64,000 bases of DNA from positions 1,054,001-1,118,000 of the forward strand of contig CM022666.1 of assembly GCA_012295275.1 (NCBI GenBank). Reading direction: 5' to 3'. This document shows, in pieces, positions 26,365 to 40,064 of the stretch. The translations under genes were made by a program, and so were the position numbers. Each line of letters starts with the position of its first letter. The first letter of the stretch is position 1. The notes under the pieces were generated by a model. The model ran no database searches and was not told the origin of the DNA. It was given only the letters and a program-made list of their open reading frames with translations. The stretch is from Chrysomallon squamiferum. Lineage: Eukaryota > Animalia > Mollusca.

Positions 26365-27280
26365 AATGTGATTCAGCTTGAGTGACCGGCAGCTGTAATT
26401 CAAACCAAATTTCCTGAAGCCAAGATTAATTACACATATCTGTTTCAACTGTTGTAGCTGAGATTCAACACAGGGACCCATTAGTGATTCAGTATGAGTA
26501 GCAGTGATTCAACACAAGAATCAATTAGTGATTCAGCAGTAGTGATTAGCGGTGAATCAAATGGGTATCTTGTAGCTGTGATTCAACACACATATCATTA
26601 GCAGTGATTCATCTTGAGTATCCAGTATCTGTTTTTTGTTGTGAATATCTGTTTCTTGTGATTCAACATAAATATCTATAAACTGTGATTCAACATAAGT
26701 ATCTATAAACTGATTCGACATGAATGTTCTATAGCTGGGATTGAATGTAAGTGTCCTCGCTCAGTGAAACAACATATTTAATAGCTCTGATTTGACTTAA
26801 ATATCTTTTAGCTGTAATTCAGCACAAATATCCTTTATAGCAGTGATTCAACATGAATAGTATCCAGTGTCTGTTTTTCAACAAGAACATCTGTTAGCTG
26901 AGATAAAATATCTGTATTTAGTTAGCAGTTATTTAGCACAAGTATCCATTATAGCAGTGATTCAAAACAAGTATCCATTATAGCAGTGATTCAAAACAAG
27001 TATCCATTATAGCAGTGATTCAACACAAGTATCCATTACAGCAGTGATTCAGCACAAGCATCCATTACAGCAGTGATTCAGCACAAGTATCCGTTATACC
27101 AGTGATTCAACATGTTTATAATGTGTCTGTTTTTCAACACAAGTATCCGTTATACCAGTGATTCAACATGTTTATAATGTGTCTGTTTTTCAACATAAGT
27201 TTGTACAAACTGTGATTCAACACAAGTATCTACAAGCTGTGATTCAACACAAGTATCTACAACCTGTGATTCAACGTGGT
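26365..27280. repeat. 27-29-bp minisatellite with a long decayed 5' portion
   Basis: Core gtgattcaacacaagtatc. Clean 29-bp units at 26941-27090, 27-bp units at 27211-27275, decayed copies back to about 26365. Confidence 0.85.
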
Positions 27281-27473
27281 ATTTTTTTGGCCCTGATACA
27301 AAAGCAAGCTTTGCAGCAGGCCAATTAACTCTTTCAACACTGTGCAAAACTGAAAGCTGTAATTTCTCTGCACTGAAATTGATTGATTGTGTGCAAGTTA
27401 CAGACATTTCTGACAAAATAATAACACACAGCCGTATTTCAGCAAAACTCGGTGCTGTTATTTGACACACAGA

Positions 27474-28082
<609 letters not shown>

Positions 28083-28257
28083 TTAAACCTGATTATTAAA
28101 ACAGAAAGTGATGGATTAATAATCTCAGTTATAATCTGTAGATTAAGGTGATATTAAGCTGCCTCTGGATTGACAGAAATAAAATGAAGATTAACATAAT
28201 CAGGAAGAAACTAGCTGTAACTGACTGGATAAATACGATAATACTGATACAGAAAAC

Positions 28258-28385
28258 TTAAAGGATTGATATAACCAAACTAAGGATTGATATAGTCACA
28301 TTAAAGATTGATATAATCCAATTAAGGATTGACATAGCAGATCTAAAGATTAATGAAGCAGACTAAGGATTAACATAATCTAAGT
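28258..28385. repeat. 21-bp degenerate tandem repeat, about 6 copies
   Basis: taa(g/a)gattgatata..... units. Confidence 0.75.
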
Positions 28386-28790
28386 ATTAAGATAGCTGGA
28401 AGATCAACATTCTACAAATCAGCCGGTTCAATAACCAAACTCACACTTGATTGCTGGACTCATTCCTGTTTGGTTGATCAGCTTCAAGCAGTCTGGATCA
28501 AATGTGAACCTATTAAAACAAGCAAAATAGATTATTGGATTACAGGCAACAGAGGATTAACTGCATTTTGGATTATGCTGAGGTGGAGTAATAGTTTGAT
28601 AATCCGTTTTCTTACTGGCTTTGTTCACATGGTTTTAATTGCTTGTAGGGGAAAAAAAAGCTGAGCACTTAACTGTCAAGAGTTGTTTTTAGTTGAACTT
28701 GTTGCTTGGCACACTCCTGGAAGTCAGAGTTTTTAAGAATTAGTAGCAGTTAAACTGGTAATTTATTAGAAATGGAAAAATTTTGTTTTG

Positions 28791-28904
<114 letters not shown>

Positions 28905-29059
28905 TGATAGAGTGAAAAATTTAATAGATGAATGAATGATTATAAAGTGAAGGTCAGATGGGTAATTTAGTGATTGAATGATATAAAAAAAATTTAATTA
29001 AAATGAAAAAATAGTGAAGGTTGAATAAAAAAAAAGTTAAAGTGAAAAAAATAAGTGGT

Positions 29060-29265
29060 TGAATGAAAGAACGAATGACGGTTAGATAAGTAATGTATGT
29101 GTAGCTATATAAAATAAAAAAGTGAAAGAGAGTGAGAGAAAGTGAAAGAATGAATGAAGGTTAGATAAGTAATTTATGTGTCTAACTATAAAAATAAAAG
29201 TTTTTTTTGAGTGCATGGGAGAAAGAAAAAGAATGAGTGAAGATTAGATAAGTAATTTTTGCATG
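29060..29265. repeat. About 80-bp degenerate tandem repeat, 3 copies
   Basis: aaagaatgaatgaaggttagataagtaat variants near 29066, 29144 and 29228. Confidence 0.7.
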
Positions 29266-29567
29266 TTGCCTTTTACCGAGATAAAGTTGTTTAGCTAAAC
29301 AGGGAGCTGTGCAGAAACAATCACTTTGTAACTAATGATGAAATATTCAGGACATCAGGACCATTAGCCTTTCAGTGATTAAGTGTAAAAGAATACAGTA
29401 AATGTTCCATCCTGGGACTTTATGGCAGGCTTGTTACACCATTAGGTTATTGGCTAATGGATATGTGTTTCTTTATTAACTGTAAAACAGAAGTTTAAAA
29501 AAAAAAAAAAAAAAAAAAAATATAGAGATAGGAAAATACGGTAATGTTTCATAATGGGATTCTATTA

Positions 29568-29606
<39 letters not shown>

Positions 29607-31470
29607 GTTATTTTTCATTTATTTATTTTATTTTTTAAATTTTTTTATTTGTTATTATGCTATCTTATTCAGATCTTCAGGAACAGACTATAAACTGCCA
29701 GTATGGTTTATTTTAAAGAAAATTTAAAAAATGTCCAAAAAAATAAAAATAAAAATGTTTTCCTAACTTTTCAAAGTAAAATTTCAGAATTTCAGATAAT
29801 CGATTGTCAGCTTGTATTATTATTATTATTATTATTATTATTTTTAATTTTTTGTTTTTGTCTTTATTAATTTTGAGATGGAAAAATAAATATAGTGATT
29901 TCTACAGTTTAAACTAAGTTTAGATTAAAATAATAATATCTGTAACATTTCTTTATGGAGATGGGTATAGATTATGATGGCATTTTTTTATTTTTTGGCT
30001 TTTTATATCTTTTTTTTTTTTTTTTCTTTTTTTAAATGTTTCTTCTTTTTTTTAATTTACACACTTAATGCCCCCCCAAAAAGAAACAGAACTGATACAC
30101 CAGCCTCCATAAAAACCTGTCACATAAATAATTCTCCATTCATTCTTTATCAGACCAGTTGATCCATATACCCCATCTCGCACACCAGTGTAAAACAGAT
30201 TTTTTTTTTTTTTTTTTTTTGTCTCTCTCTCCTGTGCATGCCACATAGATAAAAATGAGCAGTCCAGGAAGAAAGTTTTCATGAAAAATGTATATTTCTT
30301 GTTGCACAACTCGAATGAACAGCAAGACAAGTTATTGATTGAGACTAGCTTAGTCGAAACACTGAACTGGGGCTGATTTCCTTGCTTAGATGTATCGAAC
30401 GATTCCCAATTTATAATCGATCTTTGTTGTTTGCGATAAACTTTATTCAAAGGGTAATAAATAATTTTTTTTTTTTTTTTTATTTTTTTTTTTTATTACT
30501 TGGGTTCAGGACTGGTGTCAGAAGCTGATTCTGGCCCAGACCTGAAGATGAAATGGTCTGTTAAGAAAATAATGATGATAAGAAGGAATTATAATTGTTG
30601 TAGCTAGTGATGAAGAGATGGCCTGGAAACCGAGGAGTGTGTGTGTTAACGGGTCTTCGTAGGAAACGACTGGTTAATAAAATTTACTTTGTTGTTTCGT
30701 TTTAGCCTAAAGGTGAATTTGGCTGGTGATAATGTCACTGTGAACTTTTTTGTTGCATCTGGAATTTATTTATTTTTTCTTATTTTTTTTTCTCTTTCAT
30801 GAATTTTAATTTGTTTTCTTTTCAGTTTTTATTATTTTGTTTTTCACCGTTTTTCCTTTTCTTCTTCTTCTTCTTTATTTTATTTATTTATTTATTATTT
30901 TAATATTTTTAAAAAAAAAAATTATGTGTCTAGAGATATTTTTAGAATGTTTCTCAGTATTTTTTCTTGTATTTTTTTAAAGGTGTTTTTAAGTCTGGTT
31001 AATAGAGGTTTTTTTTGTCTTTTTAAGTGTTGTTAAAATATTGAGTGTTTAGGTTTTGTTTAGAAAATAAAAAATAAATGTAGGGTTCATCTGGTGTAGT
31101 TTTAATATTTAATTAAAAACAGAACAAACAAACAAGAAAACAAAAAGTGTAAGAAATGTAGGAATATTTGTCCATATAATTTTAGTTGTCAAGATTTTAA
31201 ATATGGTTAAATATATTTATATCCCTTTTTATAAGATCAAACAACAACAACAATAAGATATTAACAACAACAACAATAATATTAACAACCAAAAAGAGAA
31301 ATAATAATTTTTAAATAACAATAAGATTAATAATTACAATTTAAAAAAATAACAAAATAATGAAATAAACTGGAGACAGTTAGCAGTGCTTGGTGTCACT
31401 GTTAGATTTAGTTACAAAAAAAAAAAAAAAAAAAAGGATTCAGTGGCGATATTAAGTAAATCTTCAATAG

Positions 31471-31540
31471 GATTAACCATCCAGTCTGTGTTGAGAGACA
31501 AAATAAACTCACAGACTACGAGGATGACAAAGATATTAAG
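31471..31540 (+). CDS. Possible small exon (xINHPVCVERQNKLTDYEDDKDIK, phase-0 exit)
   Basis: Strong donor AAG|GTGAGA at 31541 but a weak acceptor (tcttcaatAG). The reading frame is ambiguous. Confidence 0.22.
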
Positions 31541-32274
31541 GTGAGAAATGCCAAATTCTAATCATGTTGAGAGTCTTTTCTCTAACTTGGTGCAGCTCTG
31601 GCTTTCAAAACGAAGGGACACTCGCAGACAGTTTGATGGATAGTGGAATCCATTGTCTGCTGCAAGATTTAGGGGTCTTAGTCCTGTCAAAAAAAAAAAA
31701 AAGGACATGGTAACCTTGTTGAGATGACGCTGAATGTGTTTTTTGTCATTCTTGGTGTCGTTATGGTTACACTTCTGCACTTTTGAATAAGAACACTGCT
31801 TCCATTTTTTTTTTTTTTTTTTTTCTGGATGAGAGAGTTTATTAATTTTTAAACTGTTTTGTTTTTTTTTTTTTCTATCAAGTAGCTGTTACAAAGTTGT
31901 TGTCAGCTAGATTTGTTTGTGTTTTCGGTTGTTGTGTTTTTTTTTTGGGTTTCATGATCATTCTGCTTCAGTGATCGTGTTTTTTTTCCCGTTCCAACCT
32001 ACAGCTCAAAATAATTTTACTTTCAAATAATAATAAAAAAAGTAAAAAATAAAAAAAGAAAAATTAAAATAATGATTTATAAAGATTTACTTCATGATTT
32101 TTTATATTGCCACTAAAAACCCCGTATTTGAATACATATAATTACATGCCTGGCAGATACAGAAATTTATTTTGCATTTTAACCACAAAGTCAATTTTAT
32201 TTCACATTTCGGATATCAGAAAATTCTTTATTTGGTCCTTTTGTCACATTTTGATTAGTTTTTCTCAATATTAA

Positions 32275-32850
32275 CCATAGAAAGGTTTCTTGCATTTTAT
32301 AACAAGGTAAAAAATCAATGGTTGTCTGTCTGTGTGACATAATTTATGTGAATATGTAGCATATAAAAGGTTTCTCTAATTTTAAATCAAGGTAAAAATC
32401 AATCTGTAATGTAGCTTATGTGAAGAATAAGTACCGCTGAAAGATTTCTTGAATTTTATAACTAGGTAAAAATCATTTGTCTGTTTGTCTGTCTGTCAGT
32501 ATAACATTTTTTATAATAATGAAAATTACAGAAAAATTTCTGGCATTTTATAACCATTTCAAATCAATTAGTAAAAATCAATTACGTGACTAATTAACAT
32601 AGTTTATGCAGATAAGCAGCACAGAAAAGAGTTCTTGAATTTTATAACCAGGTAAAAATCAGCTGTCTTTCTGTCTGTCAAAATGTCTGTGTCAGTATAA
32701 ATACATTCAGACGAGTAAGTGGTGCAGAAAAGTTTCTCGAAATTCATTACAAGGTCAAAAATCAATGAAGTGTACATATAGCATCGTTTATATGAATAAG
32801 CAGCATAGAAAGGTATACCTTAGATTCCTTTTTAAAGCAAGGTAACATAA
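32275..32850. repeat. About 75-100-bp degenerate tandem repeat, about 7 copies
   Basis: gaaa(g)gtttcttg(a/c)attttataac(a/c/t)aggtaaaaatca variants near 32280, 32366, 32440, 32532, 32625, 32727 and 32808. Confidence 0.75.
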
Positions 32851-34227
32851 AAAGATATCAGAGGTCTGTCTGTCTGTCTCTCTGTCTGTCTGTTTCTCTG
32901 GTGTCAGTGGTAAGCTTCTTTTCCTGTTCAGCAGACGTGAATAACTGACTTACTGGATAAAAGTTTGAGTAGTTTGATGTTTAATGCAGTGTTTAATGTT
33001 AAACAGTCTCAGGATTACAAAGACAATTTTAATACAAGATGACAGGGTGTGTGTGTGTGTTTTGTATTGGAATACATTTTATATGATTAGGTCTGATTAT
33101 AGTTTGATTGTTTTGAAATTAATAAGGTTTCAGTGAATTTGTTGGGTTTTTTTGTTATTTTTTTAATTATTGATTTTTGTATTGATGTGAATTGATGAAA
33201 TGTTTTTATACTGGGTAAGAAATAACAAAATAAAGTAGTAGTAGTTGTTGTAGTGATAGTAACAGTAGTTGTGAACTTTAATATTATAGTAGTGTTCCTA
33301 AAAATAGTTGAGATAATAATAATAATAATAAGAAGAATAAATTATTGTTGATGTTGTTGTTACTATACTATCTTAATACATAATAATTTATTTAACATTT
33401 TTACAAATACTGACTAAAAGGGTATTTATAGTTGAAACAAACAAGTAGCACATTACATATATATATATATGTGTATATATATATATATATATATGAGTAA
33501 TTAAAAGTCATAATTAGGGCAGTAGTACTACCTTGGTATGTTGTCAGAATATAAATACTTAAATATGTTTAATCATAGAAATATTTTAACTTCACAACAT
33601 AATTCATCACACTTCTGTGATCAGAGTAAAACTGAGACTAACCACCAACCTTCAGAATTATACGAAACAGACTTGTAATAAATAAATAAATAAATGAATG
33701 AATAAAAAGATAATAATAATAATAATGGAAACCAGTGTTAAATAATATATTATGAACTAGGTTCTCTCATGCAACAGGCTTTCTGCCCCATCAATCTGAA
33801 TTTCTAGCACATTACACTGCAACCGGAAATTATTTATTGAAGTCTGCTAATCTGCAGTAACTATTACAGCCAAAAAAAAAAATTAAATGTAATCCTTAAT
33901 TCCGTTTTCACAGTAAACTACAGTTCAAGATTTCAATCATGTTTTCATGGGCATCTGAGGTTCTTCAGTTCTTTCATATTTTTAAAAGAAGAAGAAAAAA
34001 AAAAAAAAAAAAAAAAAATAAAAAAAAAAAAAAAAAAATCTTAAATTTGAGATATGGACATGATGCAAGCACATCTTGCGTGTTAACAAAATCAAATTGG
34101 TACAACTTACCATGTCACTGGCTATAAAATGTGATACACTCATTAAATACAGATATTAATTCATTTAATACATTTTTCTTTTAGAGTTTCAGAAATGATT
34201 GATTAACTAAAACTGTGATATGAGATG

Positions 34228-34332
34228 ATCTCATTATTCAATGATAAATGATGCTTATATTGAATATATACGTGTATAATCTCATTATTCAATGATAAAT
34301 GATACTTACATTGGATATATATACTTGTAATC
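34228..34332. repeat. 51-bp tandem duplication
   Basis: atctcattattcaatgataaatgat occurs at 34228 and 34279. Confidence 0.85.
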
Positions 34333-34682
34333 ACATTTCAATAATTTCCTGTTTGCTTTAACTAAGGAATTATTGATTTGAATTATTATTTAATATATAA
34401 ATGTGGTCTACACTATGTTTTCTGAATTTTAACTAGTATTTTCTTTTAAGATAAAAAAAAGTCTCAAAAAAAAAATCCAAAGTAAATGAAAAAGAAAAAA
34501 ATGAAAGAAAAAGTAAAAGCCAGACAGTATATGTAAACATGTTCATGTAATATTTGTTATAAAAGACAAATAATGTATTTAAACAACATTTTAAAAAAAA
34601 TCAAACACATCATAAAGTTTTGATAATAATTTAAATTTTTTATTTTAAAAATAAATAAACTTGGTAAAAGTTTAAAAAAAAA

Positions 34683-34714
<32 letters not shown>

Positions 34715-35258
34715 TAGTAATTGCAAACATCCTGATGTAACAACATTTATTTTAAAAGATAAATAACATATTACCCAACAGTTTTAAAAATCAAACATAC
34801 AGTGACAAAAGTGTTATGTAACTGTGTTTATACTACAAATAATTATATATCCTGCTGGAATAAGGAGAGAGGGGGGGAGGAAAGGTTTCAGATTGATTTA
34901 TCGATACACAGTAAGTGCTGGCTTTTAGTTCATTCCTGTGATCACAGTCTTTTGAGAATTGTTTTTTCTTTGATAGCAGGCAAGCAGTTTTTATTATGTA
35001 AGTATCTGTCTGAAAATGCACCTGAAAAAAAAAACCGATTCCATTCTTTGGTTAAATTTTTTACAGAGCACATATTTGTCCCAAGAGCAAGATAATGCGC
35101 AGCTTTGATTCTCGTAATTTCTTTAATGCGGTGAAGAGCAAACTTTAAAGTGATTGGATGGTAAAGAGTTTTAGTTAGAAATGGTGAAAGTATTGATATT
35201 TCGTTTTTCTGTTGTGTCTGATGGCTTGTGGTTATAGTGTTTTTATTTTATTCTATTT

Positions 35259-35289
<31 letters not shown>

Positions 35290-36533
35290 AAAAAATAAAA
35301 TTAAAGAAAATTAATTAAATGATTAAATAAAATAGATAAATCATAAAAAGGAGAAAGGGGAAAAAAAAATGACAAGAAAGATTGATAGGTTTTTTTTTTT
35401 TTTTTTTTTAAAGTGGTGTGTATGTATACTTTTGTTGTATTTTTTTGTAAAAATGTTCTGTTTTTATTTATTGATTTGTTTTATATGGTTTTTTATTTTT
35501 ATTTTTATTTATTTTTTATTTTTTTTTATTATTATGCTTTTATTTATTTTAGTTTTTTATAAAGAGTTATATAAAACAAAATACTGGGTTTGTTTTTTAG
35601 GTTCCGTAATCTGTCAGTGTGTTTAACAGGGTACTTAGTAACATGTTTGTAATATATGGAGACTAATGTATGTAATATTAATAGTAATGATTATTGAGGT
35701 CTTAATTTTATAGTAGATGTGTGGACTGCAGTATGTAGAATGTTAGATCAATATTTATTTTGGTGACTGGGTGCAGTTGGTGTATGTGTTATTATTATTT
35801 ATTTTTTTGCCATTAAATTTTTAAAAGAGCTTCTCCATAAAAAAAAATTGTATTTTTTTTTTTTTTTTTTTTTCCTTCAGACATCACTTGTTTAATAACA
35901 TTTAATTCAATTCATGTAAGATTTTTTTTTCTTCTTTCATCAAAAATAAACCATCATAAACTATTGACAGTCTTTTTCAGTCCCAATAAATTTTGACAAG
36001 GGATATTTTTGTCCTGCACAACCTTCTAAACATCTGATACTAACCATCCAATTTAAGAAAGAAAAAAAAAAAAAGAGAGAGATAAGCTTTATTTTTAATA
36101 TACAAATTGTCAGATGAAGTCTTATTTTTTTTTTTTTTTTTTTTTTCATGTTTAATCTCATCATTAGCCTTTGCTCAAATCAGAAAGCTGCAGTGCCAGG
36201 ACAGTGCACCCACAGCAGGTTAAATATAGCTGCATTAGTTCTTGTTACATCATCACATTCCTCAATCACTGGATTCATTAAGTAAACAACTCTTAAAATG
36301 TCATCTTACTTACGCATTCTGTAATTTACTTATCAGGCTTTTGGCAAAAAAAAAAAAAAAAAAAAAAAAAAGATTTTTCCTTATTTACTTTTTTTATATA
36401 TATATTTTTTTATGTCTTCATAAATTGAAGATAAGTGGAGAGAAAAAAAAAGAAAAAGAAAGAAAATTCAAGATAACTGAATATTTATGGCTGTGCACTT
36501 GTGTGCATGCATTTGTAAGTTTCAGTGTTAGTG

Positions 36534-36537
<4 letters not shown>

Positions 36538-36590
<53 letters not shown>

Positions 36591-36692
36591 ATAAATGTGT
36601 GCTTGATAAGTATGATGTGATTGGGTTATTTAAAATGAATGTATGTTGTTTGGACAAGTGGTTTGTATATGAATGAATGTGTATTTGTATGT

Positions 36693-36753
<61 letters not shown>

Positions 36754-36808
36754 CTCTGAGAGACTTTGAGAGAGTGTGTGTGAGAGAGAGAGATGAGAGA
36801 GAGAGAGA
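36538..36808. repeat. (TG)n, (TC)n(TG)n and (GA)n microsatellite cluster
   Basis: Directly visible. Confidence 0.9.
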
Positions 36809-37100
36809 AACACTATTTTACTGACTGATTTTCTTTCTGTTCTGGTTTTCATTTCTTTCATTTTTATTTCATCTGTCATTATGTAATTTTTTTAAAAACT
36901 CCCTGCTATTTGAATATTTTTATGGTGGTATTTGAAAGATTATGAATTCATTATTTCTTTCTTCTCGCAAGGCAAAACACATCACCAACTACTACTGGGA
37001 CGTTTATTTATTGATTTATCTTAAAATACAATTATCTTCAGTGTCTGCAAATGAGGTAAATTTTTTATAAATATATTCATATTTCTTTTTTTTTTTTTTT

Positions 37101-37137
<37 letters not shown>

Positions 37138-37439
37138 TCTGTTCTTTTTTCCTCTTGCAGTCTTTAGTTATTTATTTTATCGTATTATTTTTTTTATTAA
37201 TGAAGCTGATTGTCCTAGGTTGAAAATGTTTTTCTGTTGCTTATTTTAGCATTTGCTGATTTTCTGATTCGTGGTTTTGTTTAGTGTAGTGAAAATCACC
37301 AGCTGATCCATCCAACAGATTGTGGAATTTAAACAGCAGATTAGCGCAGTGTACAGATGTTAGTGGGAATTACTTCCAGCTTTGCATTTCATACAGATCA
37401 ACAAAGCTTGAGAAGTAGGGAAGAGCAGAAAGTCAGGAA

Positions 37440-37799
37440 AAATGTTTAAAAAGTTCTGCTGTGTTTCGGGATATTTAGTTTTAAAAGTTAGGTGAAATGT
37501 TTGCAGACAATTTAAAAAGTTCTGCTGTGTTTCGGGATATTTAGTTTTAAAAGTTAGGTGAAATTTAGTTTTAAAACTGTGTTTCAGGATATTTAGTTTT
37601 AAAAGTTAGGCTGAAATGTTTGCAGATAATTTAAAAAGTTCTGCTGTGTTTTAGGATATTTAGTTTTAAAAGTTAGGAGAAATGTTTGCAGATAATTTAA
37701 AAAGTTCTGCTGTGTTTCAGGATATTTAGTTTTAAAAGTTAGGAGAAATGTTTGCAGATAATTTAAAAAGTTCTGCTGTGTTTCGGGATATTTAGTTTT
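37440..37799. repeat. 66-bp minisatellite, about 5 copies including internally deleted units
   Basis: Unit aaatgtttgcagataatttaaaaagttctgctgtgtttcaggatatttagttttaaaagttaggag. Confidence 0.92.
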
Positions 37800-39239
37800 G
37801 TTTAAGAAGCAAGGGAAATACTGAAGTACACTTTGAAAGAAATTCATGGATGAAAATTAATTTTTTATTTATTTATTTTTTAAATTATGGGAGATTTCTG
37901 AAGGAGTTGTTTTAGGAAAATTTTAAATATATTTAAAATTATTTTTGTTTGTTTATTTAATTATTTATTTTAATTTTTAAATTTTATTGAAAATATATTA
38001 TTATTTTCATATATATATATAGTATTTTAATTTATTGATGGTTTTGTTATGAATGATGAAAGTGAGTCTTATATTCCTGTGCTTATCTTTATTCTTTGGA
38101 AGCATTATTACTATTTTATTTTACTTTGTTTTAAAGTAACACAGGGTTCAGAAGAGAGTGTGGATTGTATACTTGTAGCTGTTGTAGCTGTTATTTTCAG
38201 CCTGTGTTTTATTCCTTTACAGAAGAAAACCTGTGACTGCGTTGCAAGACAAACACAACAGAGTTTTTAACACTGCTTTACAAAACACTCTCACACTTAC
38301 AACTGTGGAGCATTTCTCTGTGCTTTCACCCAATTCACACGACTAATACCAGCTTTTCACTGAGATTGTATCTTGAAGCAGTTTACCACTACAGAGTATA
38401 TTTTATGACTTGCAATAAAAACCAGAGTTTTAACATCTTCTGCATGGAGCATGATTTTTTGTAACAGCCTTGTATTCTGTGATGGATGTTTCAAACGTTG
38501 TATTCGGGAGAACAGTTTTCGAATAAAAACCCACTTGATCAACATGGTTGTGTACACTAACAATTCAGAGACATAACTCTGAACATTCATTCTGTGAAAG
38601 GAGTAATATATTTTCACACCAAGCAGTTAGCATCAAATACCAATTCACTGATATACAAATATATCTATATATATATATATGTTTGTGTGAATCACGATTA
38701 CCTATAATTGTAATTTTATAGAAGAGTGATTATTTTACAAAAATCTGTTTTTTTTTTAAATTCCAGGTGATATCAGACTGTTGTAAACATTGATTCAAAA
38801 ATATAAATGTGTGATATTGGATTGAATAATGCATTTGTCTACCTTTCTAACATTACAGATGTATATATATATTTTTTTTTAAAACAAATCAATTTTTTTT
38901 TTGACACCAAACAAATGATATCAAGATCTTGCAAATGCTGATATAGAAAAACAGTTTCTATGGTTGCCTGTGTGTTTGACATTAAACATTAATTATTATT
39001 TTGTTCAAGGAATCACTTTTTTTTTTTAAATCAGGGTAAACATGAACTCAGAAATATAATTACATTGGTGTGAAACTGGACTAAATACTGATTCACAAAC
39101 ACAGAGGTGGGCCACCTTTCTAACATTACATTGAACATTAATTGTGAAAAACAAATCTGATTTTTTTTACTGTATTCAGGTGATACTCTGGTACTGTCAA
39201 CATTGATTCACTGCTTCAGGAAAATTATTTAAAGTAACC

Positions 39240-39700
39240 CATTCATGAGAATAATTACTTTGATTCAGTGATTCACAACTATATTTACTTCAACTCACTG
39301 ATTCATGAGAATACTTTGATTCACAACTATAATCACTTTGACTCACTGATTTTGAGAATAATTACTTTGATTCAACTGATTCATGAGAATAATTACTTTG
39401 ATTCACAACTATAACAATTTGACTCACTGATTCATGAGAATAATTACTTTGATTCGCAACTATAACTATTTTGACTCACTGACTCATGAGAATAATTACT
39501 TTGATTCACAACTATAACCACTTCGACTCACTGATTCGTGAGAATAATTACTTTGATTCACAGCCATAATTACTTCAGCTCACTGACTCATGCGAATAAT
39601 TACTTTGATTCACAACTATGACTATTTCGACTTGGCACTTTGATTGTTCTGATCCGACTCACTGATGAATAAACTTTGAGAATGTAATTACTTTGGCTCA
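39240..39700. repeat. 52-bp minisatellite rich in TGACTCA/TGATTCA
   Basis: Unit gactcactgattcatgagaataattactttgattcacaactataac..ttt at 39421, 39473, 39525 and about 39577, with decayed flanking copies. Confidence 0.88.
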
Positions 39701-39759
39701 CTGGTGTGAAACTGGACTATCTATTTATCATGGTTTGTTCTGATTTATAAGAATGGTGT

Positions 39760-39918
39760 ATGGGACAGACAATCTACAGAGCTCTGTCATGTGACCTTCT
39801 GTCTGAACTTAGCCTGAAGTCATCGTTCAAACACCAGATTGGAATCAGCTCAGGCTGGGCAATCCCAAACAACCCTCGACGTCACCTCGACTACAGCCTC
39901 TTTCACAGAGAGTGCTGG
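39760..39918 (+). CDS. Candidate alternative first coding exon MGQTIYRALSCDLLSELSLKSSFKHQIGISSGWAIPNNPRRHLDYSLFHRECW, phase-0 donor
   Basis: 53 codons, 31 ending in G/C (hand count) against an AT-rich background. ATGG start and donor TGG|GTACGT. Composition drops to AT-rich shortly after the donor. Confidence 0.55.
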
Positions 39919-40064
39919 GTACGTACGTATGTCGTAGTTAGAAGTCTTTTTTTATCTTTGTAATCTGATAGAGAGAAGAAAAAGAAAAAATATTTTTTTA
40001 CATCAGGATTAAAAATGGTGAAAGAAAAATGAAAAACATCACCCACCTTTCAAAATGTTACCAG

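Noticed and set aside
35881-35915. 35-nt segment between a poly-T ccttcAG acceptor and GTAAGA, frame-compatible with the 8470 exon (DITCLITFNSIH)
   Set aside because: Very AT-rich with weak exonic donor bases (CAT|GT). Frame compatibility is easily due to chance.
37599-37847. Minus-strand ORF with a 22-aa repeat (KTKYPETQQNFLNYLQTFLLTF)
   Set aside because: It follows from a 66-bp unit divisible by 3, and neighbouring units carry internal deletions.
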